Source: Rhina ancylostomus
Taxonomy: Eukaryota
Assembly (NCBI GenBank): GCA_030265395.1
Contig: JARFYF010000119.1
Span: forward strand, 5,467,393 to 5,531,392
Length of the DNA stretch: 64,000 nt
Direction: 5' to 3'
Shown piece by piece: positions 45,513 to 57,855 of the stretch (the stretch's first letter is position 1; every line of letters starts with the position of its first letter). A model generated the notes under the pieces. It was not told where the DNA came from. It did not search any database and saw nothing but the letters and a program-made list of their open reading frames with translations. The translations under genes and the position numbers were made by a program.

Positions 45513-48500
45513 GTAAGGAAGCGATTAACCTTTAACATTGCAGATTTCTGTTTAACAAACATTGGATAAAAGCCGGTTATGTTTGTGGCTGTGATTGCTG
45601 CTTGTAAATATTATCTTGGACTCAATTAGAGTATAGACGATGGAAAAAGCCATAATGCAGCATTTTTAAGCTACCAAAATTGTCCTAGTGCGCAGTCAAA
45701 ATCTGTAATTGATGTTCTTTAGTGTATTAGTGTTACTTTGAAACTGTTTACTAGTGTACAAAATATTAATTTGTTAAAGGATTTTCAGTGTTTTACAAGG
45801 GTCAAGGCTTTCCTTTCCAATAACTGTTTGGCAGTGAATCCAAGGGAAACAATGTGTTATTCCTCTGGCTGGGTTTGTTAGAATAGTACATTACTTTGGT
45901 ATTTTTAACAAATCTCTAGTTGTTTCTGCCATGGAGGAAAAGGAACCTTTTAGTTACAGGGAACTATTCTTCCTTTGATTAAAGTATATTATTTGTTCTT
46001 GCATTGTAAGATTTTAAGCTGGAAAGAAACATTTGCACAGAAATGAACACTCTTGTGGTTTTCAGGCATTCTCTGAGCTCCTTGCTCCAATCCTGGTTTC
46101 TGAGTCCCTTTTTCTTTGTGCCAGGAAAAAGACAATGGTGATCCAAGATGAATAACTTAGTGAAATGCTTGTGGTATTATAACTTTAAAGTTACTCCTCA
46201 TTTGCCATGTTCCTGTTGGAATTAAAAAAAAATGACCTAATGTGATCTCGCAAAAAAGACTTATGGTTTTAAAAGGAAGTTTTACATCCAGTTGTCAAAT
46301 TTTGATGTATGTTACTATAATTCTTTAGGTTGATATGCCACCAGCTCTGAGATCCATTATCTTGGCACTTAGCGTTGCACCACTTGGCTCATCCAAGAAC
46401 AGTCATCGTAGTAACTGCCTGCACAGCAATCAGAGGAGCAATTCATGGCTGGCGAGTTTCAGCGAAAGATTTTGTACTGTGTTCCTGGCACAGCAAGATG
46501 CAGCATAGGGGAGGGTGCAATAGTGCTGTTGGTAACACATCTCTCCATTATGACTTCAGTGCTGATTCCATTAGCTGTTTCACAATGTGAGGGACCAATA
46601 TCTATTGATTCAAGTCTTTAATCTTCTCATGAATGAAGCATCCATAGACTTCAATAGTAGGGAATTCCAGAGATTCATAGCCCTTTAAATGCTCTGCATT
46701 AGCAATATATGCTGGAATTTTCAACTGAGACTGGACTGAGGACCAGTTGACAGGTTACTCTTCCTTTATCCTTCTATCTGAGTGTCAATAGAAAGCGTAT
46801 TCCCAATGGGCTTTATTTACCTAGAACTAGATGGAGCTCTGTAGGAATGATCAACACAAGGTCTGCATTGAGGCCAAATCACCCAAACACTTTGACTGTT
46901 TGCAATCCCAGCAACTTGACTGTATAAGGAAAGTATGTATGGCCACCTATCCAGTGATAGAATTTGTTTCAGGAGGCAAGTTGTGCAAATAGCCAAGTGA
47001 CTGTGAATTGTTTTTAAATATAATCAGAGAATTGAACCTCTTGCAAAATGAATGTGCCATATATTTTAGTTACCTCAAAGCTCATTGTGCATAAGTTGCA
47101 CATTGAAATGCATGCCACTTGAGTTAACCCCTCTATCAGTTTTTTATATTGATTGTCCTCAGCTAATGTTGGTGTGTTTATGTGCCACTGAAGGCAGTTA
47201 ATCAGTGGTTGGATTTGAAGATTAGCCAGATTAGCAGTGTTGAAACTGCAAAGAATTAGTGTGTGCTGATTCTGATGGGGTTCCTTGCTGATGCATGGAT
47301 ATGCGTTTAGGTGCATTGTTAGAACTGTAAATCAATCAGGGAAGGTTAAATGTGGAACATTGATGGGCACAAATCTGCTTCATTAGCTTTTGTATGTCAC
47401 CTTTGACTTCTTTTGCATCTGTTTCAAGTCTTGCAGTCATTGTTGAGCCTGGTCACCACCTACTGCTAGAAATAGCACATTGCTGTTGTCTTGGAAGCAA
47501 GAACCAAGCAGGGCATCCCAACTAAAACAGCTGCAGGTCCCTTTTACTTACTGTTCGAGGCTCTTGTTTCAGGTCTTCATATTGTATTTCTGTTTTCCTG
47601 GCATTTTTTCCATTTTACCTCCAGTCCCAAGTTCCGTCAACAGATACTTTATAAAAAGCCGACACAGTGTTTACCCCTATATGCAACTGTCTACTCCTGT
47701 GTGCTTGGACTGTTAAATTTCATCTACTCGGAGCACTTGTACTCCTACTATTATCCTGGCTGTCTGCACGGAGCCAAATCTGCAATAGCAGCTGTGAGTA
47801 AGTTTTCACATTTGATTACAGGGAATTGTGGGCAGTCAGACTATGAGAGTCTAAAATTAAAAACACAGAATACTGTAAATCAGCTGATCAGGCAACATCT
47901 GTGGAGAGAGAAACAATGTTGAATACTCTGGTTTAACTTTGTTGCCTAACTTGGCAGAAAAGTCTGAACTTAAAGGGGAAATTTGGATGAACTTTTTCCC
48001 CTGCTCCCCATTTATAACTTGCTGTTGGGTTGCTTTCTGCAAGGTGGTCTGGACTGTTGTTTGGCATTTGCTGATCTCATTTGTATTTGGATGTTTGCTC
48101 TGTTCTGCACTTAATTCCTAGCTGAGCATATAGGTGGAGCAATATTTGAATCTGTTTTTGAGTCTGTAGGGTTGGTGGTGAGGAGATTGTCTCTTGAAGA
48201 GCTAGTCTGTACTTGGGATTTTGATTGCAGTATAGTTGAAGATGTGATGTTTGAATGGATTTTTAGAGCCTTGAGTATGATGACTATAAAGGAAAAATTA
48301 TTCAGGATGACGGTGTTGAGTTGGATATGTTGCATCATTGCAACCCAACCTCCTAAATGCTCATGAAATATCATATATGTAGGATTTGCAAAAAAAAATA
48401 ATTTGGGACTGGTTGCGTAAATGAATGCTGCTTAGCCTTTTTGAATCCATGCCCCTTCTGTCAACTTCTTGCAGCAATTGTGCCTGCTTTTGTAGAACAA

Positions 48501-49149
48501 TTATCATAATGAGAAGACTCTTGTGGAAGTTCTCATATACTGAGATGAGATGCTGTGGTGGTGGGGTAGGATATCCTAGTGGGTGAGTCAGCTGTTTTAT
48601 GCAGAGGGGGATTGTGTGGTGTGGTCTTTAACAGCATCCTTAATTTTGGAAATCAGATATCTAACACAGATTATTTTTCTTGATCGTGACTTCTGTGTTA
48701 TTAATTTATCAACATAATATTCTCTGAAATGTTTTGGGACATTGGAGAGTTGTAATGAGTGGTCATATGAATGTAATTGTATTCTTCTTTGTCCCTAAAT
48801 ATTTCAATTTATCCTTGCACAAGCATAGTCTGTCCATTTTAGACATCAGTATCTTTTCAGCTCTTCTGATGTAATTTGTATCATTCACCTTTTGCACCTT
48901 TATTCAGAACATTGAGAAATCCTGCTTCTGAGAAGAAATGAAATGGATGGTAATGGGGTTCAGTGCCTGAAAGTGATTCTTATCTGTTGAATGTTAGCTC
49001 ATTTTCCTCCTATGCTATGTAATGAATGGAACTGATTTGGGCTTCATTATGGAGCTTGCGTTTGACTCGTTCATATTTTTAATGACATTCATTTCACAGC
49101 AGTGAGAAGTAACGCGTTTGAGGAGATCAAACAAGGTGAAGGAAAATAC

Positions 49150-49750
49150 AGTATATGATAGAATATCTACCTAGAAATGCAGCAGAACCACAGAATCACG
49201 AACTGCATGCTCACAGAACCCTGAAGGCATTTAAATAGATATAAGGTAGTTAAAGCATATGGAATCTTTTACATGTCAAAGCATAGAATGTAGGAGCAGA
49301 GAGGTTAAGCTAGGTATTATTGAAACACTAAGGCTACAGCTGGAGTACCATGCACATTCTTGGTCACCACACTATAGAAGGATGTGATAGCACAGGAGTA
49401 GATGCAGAGGAGTTTTATGGGGACTGCATTGGTGCTGGAGAATTTTGAGGAGAAACTAAGTAGGTTTAGTTGATTCCATTCGGGACAAGAAACTGAGGGG
49501 AGAATTAATTTAGTTGTAAGAAATTGAGAAGCCCAGACAAGGTGAACAAGAAATTTTACATTGAGGTTAACGACCAGTGGGCATAGAAGGATTAAAAGTT
49601 GAAAATCTCTTTATTCATACAAAGGCTGGTGGTGATGATTTAGATCCCAAGGATGGCAGAAACAGAAATCCTCATAGTTTTCAAGTTAACCTGGATGAAT
49701 GCTTGAAGAGCCAAGGCTATTGATTGAGAGCTGGGAAATGAGACTAACCC
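49150..49750 (+). mobile_element. CR1-type LINE 3' fragment
   Basis: AAGGTAGTTAAAGCATATGG, CAGCTGGAGTACCATGCACATTCTTGGTCACCACACTATAGAAGGATGTG (QLEY...WSPHY.KD). Confidence 0.7.
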
Positions 49751-49789
49751 AGATATCTTGACTGCACTACCACAAACCCTGCTTTATGT

Positions 49790-50570
49790 GGGGACACTAT
49801 TCCATTTTCCCAGTTTCTCTGGCTGTTGCACTTGTTCTGATTACAGAACTTTCCACGCATATTTCTGTGTTCCTTCTACCGTAACTCTACTTCTCTACCA
49901 TAGTTGAGAAAGCTCTCAACTTGATCTCTTCTATTTCCTGCCCTTGTCTCACTCTCTTCCCGTCAGAGCAAATGTAAGGTGCCACATGTCTTCGCCTTCC
50001 GTACCACCGACCTCCCCATTCAACAGAATATCTTCCATAACATCCCACCACCTACGATAAGATTCCACACCTTCCATCTCCATCATCCACTACCTTTCTC
50101 ACGGCACTTTCCTAAGCAACTGCAGGAGATGCAGCACCTGTCCTTTCATTAGTTCCCTCTGTCATCCTGGGACCCAAGCAGTCCCTCAAGATGAAGCAGT
50201 GATTCACCATCATTTTATTGTATTGCATTTGGTGTTTGTGATGTGATGGTCTCTACATTGGAGAAACCAAGGACAGATTGACTGTTTTGCAAAATATTTC
50301 CAGTGTACTTGCCTGTCACTTCAATACTGTATTCCAATCCTACTCTGATCTGTCTTTGGCCTCTTAATAAATTGCAACAAACTTGAGAATCTCATCTTCT
50401 GTTTAAGTACACTTTGGGATAATACTGAATTTAATAATTTTGGAACAACAGCTTTCCCTGTTTGTTACAATTGTTCACTTATTTAAGATTAGCCACCTGT
50501 AATATTAATGCAGAATTTTTCTCCCTTGACACATGCTACCTGATTTTGCTGGATATTTTCAGCATTCCCT
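49790..50570 (+). mobile_element. Penelope-like element, decayed RT C-terminus and GIY-YIG endonuclease
   Basis: Remnant YCIWCL*CDGLYIGETKDRL (YIGET at 50254-50268) is the GIY-YIG motif. Upstream are IPFSQF and a GTF..C.RC.TC.F Cys motif; downstream is the ATGCTACCTGATTTTGCTGGATATTTTCAGCATT terminal repeat. Confidence 0.75.
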
Positions 50571-50707
50571 TTAAGATTGTTTGTTTATTTTTCTTTGTTT
50601 CCCCTCATTCTTTTTCCCCTATTTGGTGTCCTCCAGATCATGATTAACAAGCATCCATCATCCACTCATAGACGGCACCAATGGAATTTGTGTAGCCTGA
50701 ACCTAAT

Positions 50708-50985
50708 TAGTTGACTAAAGTAAATTGCCCCTGGTTGTAGGTAAGTGGTAGAATCTGGTGGGNNNNNNNNNNNNNNNNNNNNNNNNNNNNNNNNNNNNNN
50801 NNNNNNNNNNNNNNNNNNNNNNNNNNNNNNNNNNNNNNNNNNNNNNNNNNNNNNNNNNNNNNTCAGGAAATGGAAGGATATGGACCTTGTGCAAGCAGAT
50901 GGGATTCATTTAAATTGCCCATATGGTTGGTAGAGATATCGTGGGCTGAAGAACCTGTTCTTGTGCCGTACTTTTCTATGTTCTG
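50708..50985 (+). mobile_element. V-SINE/HE1 3' part and CR1-type tail across a gap
   Basis: TAAATTGCCCCTGGTTGTAGGTAAGTGGTAGAATCTGG matches 53738-53775. The tail reads GTGGGCTGAAGAACCTGTTCTTGTGCCGTAC. Confidence 0.55.
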
Positions 50986-51339
50986 TGATGTGGTTATTTA
51001 GGCTAGGGGTTGTGCTCTGGAATGACAGGGAACTTTGTTGTAAAAACATTTCTCAGAATCAGCGCTGATTGCAAAATAAATCTCAATCTTTTGAGCTCAG
51101 TCAATCCCAAAAAGTCACAGCCCATCTTACTTTGATGGAAGAAATGGCTTTGCAGAACGGACAGAGGCCTCCTCCATTTTTATGCCTTCATTCTTGTCTA
51201 TATCTATGGGACGTACAAATGTAAATCAAACATTCTCATGTAACATTAGCTTTTACTTCANNNNNNNNNNGCCTTGATAAAGGGAGGGAAATGATGCTTC
51301 AGTTGTTACAGCTTTTTTGTACCTCTTCTGGAGTATTGT

Positions 51340-52012
51340 AAGAATGACATTGTTGTTGACAGTGTGGGGAGTAGTGTTAGGCGACAGGGTGATATTGACA
51401 TGTTGGTGAAATGGGCTGAGAAATGGCAAATGGATTTTACTCTTGATAAATGCAAGGTGATGCATTTTTGGGACTACGAATGAGGCTAGCACATACTCTA
51501 TGGATGCTAAGGTCCTAGGGAGTATTGAAGAACAGAGGGACCTTGGTGTTCAAGTGCAAGGATCCTTGAAGGTGGCAGCACAGGTAGCCAACATGTTTAT
51601 GAGTGCATATGGAATACTGGCCTTCATTAGCTGGGGCACTAAATACAAGAACCTAGAGGTTGTGCTCCAACTTTATAAACCATTGGTCAGACCCCAGCTG
51701 GAGTTCAGTTATGACCACCAAGGTATAGGAAAGATGGGATCACACTGGAGAGGTTGCAGAGAAGATTCACCAGGACCTTGCCTGGATGGAGCGTTTCAGT
51801 GTTTCAGTTATGAGGAGAGATTGTAGAGGCATGGTCTGTTTCCTCTGGAATGGAAGAGGTTAAGGGGGACATGACTGAGGTATATAAAATTAAGAGTATA
51901 GATAGGGTAGACCTCAGAAAACCATCCAGAAGTAAATAGAACCAGAAGACATAGATTTAGGGTATGGGGTAAGAAATTTAGAAGGAACCTGAGGAGGACC
52001 TTTTACACCCAG
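51340..52012 (+). mobile_element. CR1 (HER1-type) LINE ORF2 3' fragment
   Basis: Translates to WAEKWQMDFTLDKCKVMHF, EEQRDLGVQVQGSLKVAAQV, AYGILAFI, LQLYKPLVRPQLE, SYEERL, with stops and frameshifts. Confidence 0.85.
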
Positions 52013-52274
52013 ATGTTTCAAGAGGCTGATGAAGGGAAATTGTTTTCATCAGTAGAAGCATCCAGAACAAGAAGGCATGCTCTTCCAATTTGAGCTTGAT
52101 ATTTCAGGAATGATATTACAATGTGCTCATTATGGATTCATAGAATCATACACTTTTTACAACATAGACGAACATTTGGCCGATCGAGTCCACACCAGTC
52201 CCCTATAGATTCATTCAGCCCCATTCCCACAATCTGTCCTTGTAGCCTGTAAATTATTTTTCAGATGCTAATAG

Positions 52275-53260
52275 GCAACACCCAATCAAAATAGAGTCAG
52301 AGACCAGCTGTCAGCTATGGCAGGGCTGACGTGCCATCACAGGCTACAAGACGAAGATGGGCTGCATAATTAACAACAGCGCATCCCTTCCTAATGAATT
52401 TAACACATTCTATGTGCGTTTTGAACAGAAGGGAAGTGGATTGTCACCACCCACCCTGACAGCCTCCAAAGCACCTGAACCTGTGATCACCCTTGAGGAC
52501 GTAAGATCAATCTTCCGGAGAGTGAACATGAGGAAAGCACCTGGCCCAGATGGAGTCCCTGGCCGTGTGCTCAGATCTTGTGCTGATCAGCTGGCAGAAG
52601 TATTTGCAGACATATTTAACCTCTCCCTACTTCAATCTCAGGTTCCCACCTGTGTTTAGGAAGACCACTATCATCCCAGTACCAAAGAAAAGCAAGGTAA
52701 CATGCCTCAATGATCACCCACCAGTGCCTCTGACATCATGAAATGCTTTGAGAGGTTGGTCATGGCACACATCAACTCCAGCCTCCTAGACAATCTCAAC
52801 CCACTGCAATTTGCCTATCACCGAAACAGGTCCACAGCGGATGCCATCTTCCTGGCTCTGGAGCATCTGGATAGTAAAGACACCTATGTTAGACTATTGT
52901 TTATTGACCACAGCTCTGCCTTCAATACAATAATCCCAAGTAAGCTTGTCACCAAACACCGAGACCTAGGAATCACACCTCCCTCTGTAACTGGATCCTT
53001 GACTTTCTAACAAACAGACCACAATCAGTGAGGATAGGCAGCAACACCTCTGGCACAATTATTCTCAACACTGGTGCCCCACAAGGCTGCGTCCTCAGCC
53101 CTCTATTCTACTTCCTATACACTCATGACTGTGTGGTCAGATTCTGCTCTAACTCCATCTACAAGTTTGCAGATGATACCACCATTGTAGACCGTATCTC
53201 AAACAGTGATGAATCAGAGTACAGGAAGGAAATAGAGAGCTTAGTGGAATGCTGTCATGA
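52275..53260 (+). mobile_element. Rex1/Babar-type non-LTR retrotransposon RT fragment (frameshifted)
   Basis: Successive ORFs give [88 protein letters not shown] and YKFADDTT. Confidence 0.9.
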
Positions 53261-53549
53261 ATGGACTCTAAGTTGGGATCCTCTACTTCATTAATGAAAA
53301 CCTTTGCTCCTTGGATCTAATTAACTGTGCTGATTACTGATGGCTTTTGGTTTGAGTTATTGAACATTACCGTCCTGCTCCATCTCTGAGCCCAAACTCC
53401 CAGTCCCACCAGATTCCCACTTCAGCAGACATGCCCATCTCTACACTCATAAGCAGAGGTGATGAGTCACCATTTACTCAGTCACCTTAAGACTTAACAT
53501 GCTTATGCTTTACATGACAGGTTAATATGTGCTGCATGAAGCACACATA

Positions 53550-53892
53550 GGCTGCGGCAGTGGCGCAGCTGGTAGAGCTGCTGCCTCACAGTGCCAGAGA
53601 CCTGGGTTCGATCCAGGCCTTGGGTGCTGTCTGTGTGGAGTGTGCATGTTCTCCCTGCAACCACTTGGGTTTCCCTCATATACTCCGGTTTCCTCCCATG
53701 TTGAAAGACTTTCAGGGTGGTAGGTTAATTGGCTGCTGTAAATTACTCTGGTGTGTAGGTGAGGGGTAGAATCTGTGGGAGTTGATGGGAATGAGGGGAG
53801 AATAAAATAGGATTAGTGCAGGATTGGTGGAAATGGGTGGTTAGCATGAAATCAATGGGCCGAAGGGCCTGTTTCTCTACTATGTGACTCAA
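53550..53892 (+). mobile_element. tRNA-derived V-SINE (HE1-type), full length
   Basis: Pol III A-box TGGCGCAGCTGG (53561-53572), B-box GGTTCGATCC (53605-53614), V-domain TGTGTGGAGTGTGCATGTTCTCCC..GGGTTTCC..CTCCGGTTTCCTCCCA and CR1-type tail ATGGGCCGAAGGGCCTGTTTC. Confidence 0.88.
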
Positions 53893-54007
53893 TGATTCAA
53901 CACTTGGCAGGAAGCTAATGTAGCACATTGAAAACAATTAGCTTTCCCAATTGAAGGGCACTTTAAAGAGATACTCCAGCCAGTTAAACACACAAACCTG
54001 CAGATCT

Positions 54008-54122
54008 GATGAGATGAGGGGAGAATAAAAAATGAGATCAGTGTAGGAGTAGTGTAAGTGGGTAGTTGACAGTCCGTGTGGGCCAAAGGGCCTGTTTCCA
54101 TGCTGCATTTATCTATGACTCT
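54008..54122 (+). mobile_element. 3' fragment of the same V-SINE
   Basis: ATGAGGGGAGAATAAAA..AGTGTAGGA..GGGCCAAAGGGCCTGTTTC..ATGACTC parallels 53790-53892. Confidence 0.75.
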
Positions 54123-54299
54123 AGTTACAAACTCAATGTGCTGGACCTTAGCATGAAAATGCAGATATAAATCCAATAAAAGGGGAAATAAGCTTTTCAT
54201 TTGTCAATGACATCAAAGAATATCTTTAACCCATAATGTTAGTGCACATTTAAAATATTCAGAGATTAAAGGTGCTCTGACTGCTCATTTTAACATAAA

Positions 54300-54740
54300 T
54301 TGGTTAATTATTGTCACATATACCAAGGTACAGTGAAAACCTTTGTTTTGCATGCCATCCATAGAGCATTACATTGGTATTGGTATTGGTTTATTATTGT
54401 CGCTTGTGCCGAGGTACAGTGAAAAACTTGTCTTGCATTACCGTTCGTATAGGTCCATTCATTACACAGTGCAAATACATTTAGTTAGTACAGAGTGCAT
54501 TGAGGTAGTACAGGTAAAAAAACAATAACAGTGTCACAGCTACAGGGAAGTGCATTGCAGGTAGACAATAAGGTGCAAGGTCACAACAAGGTAAATTGTG
54601 AGGTCCAGAGTCCATCTCAACATATAAGGGAACCGTTCAATAGTCTTATCACAGTAGGATAGAAGCTGTCCTTGAGCCTGGTGGTATGTGTCCTCAGATT
54701 CCTGTACCTTCTGCTTGATGTGAGGGGGGAGAAGAGAGAA
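54300..54740 (-). mobile_element. Rex1/Babar-type LINE 3' end with duplicated tail
   Basis: The minus strand encodes LPS-like RRYRNLRTHTTRLKDSFYPTVIRLLN. The 3' UTR ends in AATAATAAA(CCAATA)n. A second copy of the terminal ~55 bp is at 54300-54360. Confidence 0.75.
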
Positions 54741-55828
54741 GGACTAAAATCTGCTATAACATATTTTCATAGTTGGATGAATAAATGTTTGCTTGGTATT
54801 TTTCTTCCATAACATGGTCACGCTTGTGTGAAGAAAGCATTGAGGTGCGTCAGCATGATGGTTGGACTCTGTTCTGGATAATTATCCAATGTATATCCAA
54901 GCAGCTGTTTCCAATATAAACAAAAAACCCATGTTGCTATGGTCTGAGTAAAATGCAATGTGACATTTTTGTATAGTATCCATTTCAGCTGTTGGGGGGA
55001 AAAAAAGTACCTCCATGCAATTATAGAATATGCCCTGTAAATATGGGTTGTCTGAAAGCATCCCTAACTATCATAGGGCAGTACGAGATAGGTTCTGAGT
55101 CTGTTACATATGGTCAGAGCAGCCAAGATGGTTGATCAGTAGGTTCAAAATGAAGAATATTGGTTAAGTAATTTTTTTGGTTTTATTGTATTGGAACCCA
55201 AAATAGAAATTGTAACTGCATTGTTCAGTAAATTATCACTGGTATCAGGTGGTCAGCAGTTCGAGAGTGTGACATGTCCTTGGCTATCTGCCTTATGCCT
55301 GCATATACTTCATACCAGGTAACTGTTAATGCTTTTGCCTAATTGACATAGATTAGAAATGAAAGTTGAACTCAAGGATGATTTTTGTGGAGTGTTAGAA
55401 ACGTTAATATGATTTTGGGTTTCTATTAGAGAATTACATGGATTTGAGTATAATCTGTTTGTAACTGGGGAAATGCCAAGTAAAATTAGAACATGGTTAT
55501 TAACAAAACTTGCACTTGGGGCATAGGCCAGTTATAGCACAAGCTGGTTAATGAAGAATTAGTATCCATACAATCATTTGGTTCAGCTGTAGGAAATAAC
55601 AGCTTATCCATGTGGACTGGCCTGTCTTGATTTAAGCCTTGTTTGCCATTACCAAAGGCTGGTAAGTGACGTGCCAGATTATTTTTAACTCTGGCATCAC
55701 TTTCAAATCGATGTGAAAGAGCAGTGTGAATCAATGTAGTGTAGCGCACAAATGTCCTATAGCAAGCAGTTGCAGATATTCTGTGTTTTGCTGGTAAATG
55801 GATTTTTTCTTATGTTTTATCTTAACAG

Positions 55829-55987
55829 GCATTGGAGTACCCATTATGTTAGCATATGTCTATGGAGTGGTCCCTATTTCCCTCTGCCGTAGTGGTGGCT
55901 GTGGTGTTTCTGCCGGCACTGGAAAGGGTGTGCGGATAGAATTTGATGATGAAAATGATAATGCTGGCAGAGGAAATGCAGCATTAG
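55829..55987 (+). CDS. RNF19A: RNF19A coding exon 6
   Basis: TTTTATCTTAACAG|GC ATT; encodes [53 protein letters not shown]. Donor TAG|GTAAGC, 159 nt. Confidence 0.96.
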
Positions 55988-57034
55988 GTAAGCACTTGTT
56001 TTTACCCCTTCCCAGATTTTCTGCTACCTTTTTAGTAGGCATAATTGCTGTGTTTTAAAACAAAATGCACATTTTCATTGCTTTAAGAAATGAGTGGGCA
56101 ACATCTTAACTCTTATTTGAGAACAATGTCTACTTTTGTAACAGAGTATGCTGTTAGTTGAAGTTTAAAGCTCTGTCAGGAAGAACTAACAGGCACCCAG
56201 AGCAAAGGATTTAAGAATTTGTTCAAAGCCCATGTGGGAGAAAAATCACAACATCGCCACTGACTTAAATCCCTGGCCCATGGCTGCTCAAAGTGGAGAA
56301 GGTTGTCAAGGATGCTATTGAGAACCTCTATTTCATGCAGACAGAAGCCTACAATTATCAGCAGGAGGAATGCACCACCATTTAAACTACCTGTCCAATT
56401 TGTAGAAGAGTTGGTGGTTTCCATGTTAGCTTCATCAGTTGCACCGAGAAACAAGTCCTCCTCAATCCGAAGGGACTGCCTGAAAAGCAGTCTGGCAGCT
56501 CTGTTTTATTTGTTGGCCTACAAGGTTATCTTCCATGGGGGGGGGGGGGGGNNNNNNNNNNNNNNNNNNNNNNNNNNNNNNNNNNNNNNNNNNNNNNNNN
56601 NNNNNNNNNNNNNNNNNNNNNNNNNNNNNNNNNNNNNNNNNNNNNNNNNNNNNNNNNNNNNNNNNNNNNNNNNNNNNNNNNNNNNNNNNNNNNNNNNNNN
56701 NNNNNNNNNNNNNNNNNNNNNNNNNNNNNNNNNNNNNNNNNNNNNNNNNNNNNNNNNNNNNNNNNNNNNNNNNNNNNNNNNNNNNNNNNNNNNNNNNNNN
56801 NNNNNNNNNNNNNNNNNGTTGGAACCAGATTTTTGGGGGGGGGGGGGTGGAGGGGGTTGGTAGGGAGGAACCTGTGTGTGAAGTGGGTGGATGGAGCCAG
56901 GAGGAGGGGGAAGGGTAAATTAAGGGACTAATTGTGGTTTGTACAAATGCAGCAGAACAGAACATTTTTAAAAAAAAGTAAACTATTTATGAAGACATTC
57001 ATTTGAACTTAACAGAATGTTACAGTTTTGTAAA

Positions 57035-57490
57035 ACAAAAACAAGCTTCTGGAGGAATTCAGCGGGTCAGGCAGCATCTGTGGGGGCAAAGGGATGGTCA
57101 GCGTTTAGGTTCGAGACCCTGCATCAGAGCTGGGAATGTAATAGGAAGAAAACTGGTATAATTGTGGGGTGCAAGACATGAGCAGGCAAATGATAGGTGG
57201 ATCAAAGTGAGGAGGGATTGCTGGGCAGGCAGAATCAGGGAAGGAAGGGGTGGAGATAGCGACAGAGGCTTTGAGGTGATAAGTGGAGACAACAAAGGGC
57301 TGCTGATTATGGAATCTGATAGGAAAGGAAGGCGATGAGTGCAACCAGATAGGGAGTGGTGCTGGGCAGATGGGACCATTGGAGGGAGGGGATCGGGAAC
57401 AGTAGGTTGAGTGAGTGGGTGATAGGCAGATGGAACTCGGTGGGGGAGGGGAAAGAAACTCTAATGGGGCTTGGGGAGTTTCAAAAGAAG
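57035..57490 (-). mobile_element. Penelope-like element terminal repeat and pyrimidine-rich 3' region
   Basis: CTGGAGGAATTCAGCGGGTCAGGCAGCATCTGTGG..GTTTAGGTTCGAGACCCTGCATCAG is the same terminal unit as 32788-32885. It is followed by a long plus-strand purine-rich tract like 1-160. Confidence 0.7.
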
Positions 57491-57739
57491 TGCGAGAGAA
57501 CGATTCTAACAATCTGGCATCTATCACCTCTTCTTTTCCTGCTCTTGTACTTTATTTTGTCACCCAGGGAGCTGCAGCTTTAGATTCTCTACCCTCTCCC
57601 TCCTGAGGAATGTACCCAGCCTGGAGGTAAAACATGCACTTTAAAGACCTATGTTGTTCAAGAACCGATTGGCCTGCCAATCTTTTATTCCAGCTTTCCT
57701 AGGCGAGATCTGTTCTTTTTAAAAAAAACTGAAAATAAA

Positions 57740-57855
57740 GAGAAAACTGCAGATACTAGAAATCTAAAATAAAAACAAAATTCTGGAAACATTCGAGTCG
57801 TCTGTGGAAAGAGAAATGGTGAATGTTTCAAGTCCAAGATCCTTCAGCAGAATTT
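57740..57855 (-). mobile_element. Penelope-like terminal repeat fragment
   Basis: ACTGCAGATACTAGAAATCTAAAATAAAAACAAAATTCTGGAAACATTC..TCTGTGGAAAGAGAAA..ATGTTTCAAGTCCAAGATCCTTCAGCAGA. Confidence 0.6.

Noticed and set aside
52027-52053. CTGATGAA...GAAA...TTCATCAG looked like a hammerhead core or hairpin
   Set aside because: No stem II between CTGATGA and GAAA. It lies in a decayed CR1 3' region, and the 8-bp inverted repeat is likely chance.
52275-53294. Reverse-transcriptase ORFs as a functional or domesticated gene
   Set aside because: Split over four ORFs by frameshifts and stops, with no endonuclease or C-terminal region; an ordinary decayed Rex/Babar copy.
53550-53625. tRNA-like A and B boxes suggesting a tRNA gene
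   Set aside because: The sequence continues directly into the V-domain and LINE tail, so it is a SINE head. No complete cloverleaf or oligo-T terminator.
56303-56965. ORFs of 127-186 aa spanning poly-G and N run
   Set aside because: Their length comes from N codons. Poly-G beside gaps is typical of short-read assembly dropout (also 28304-28352).
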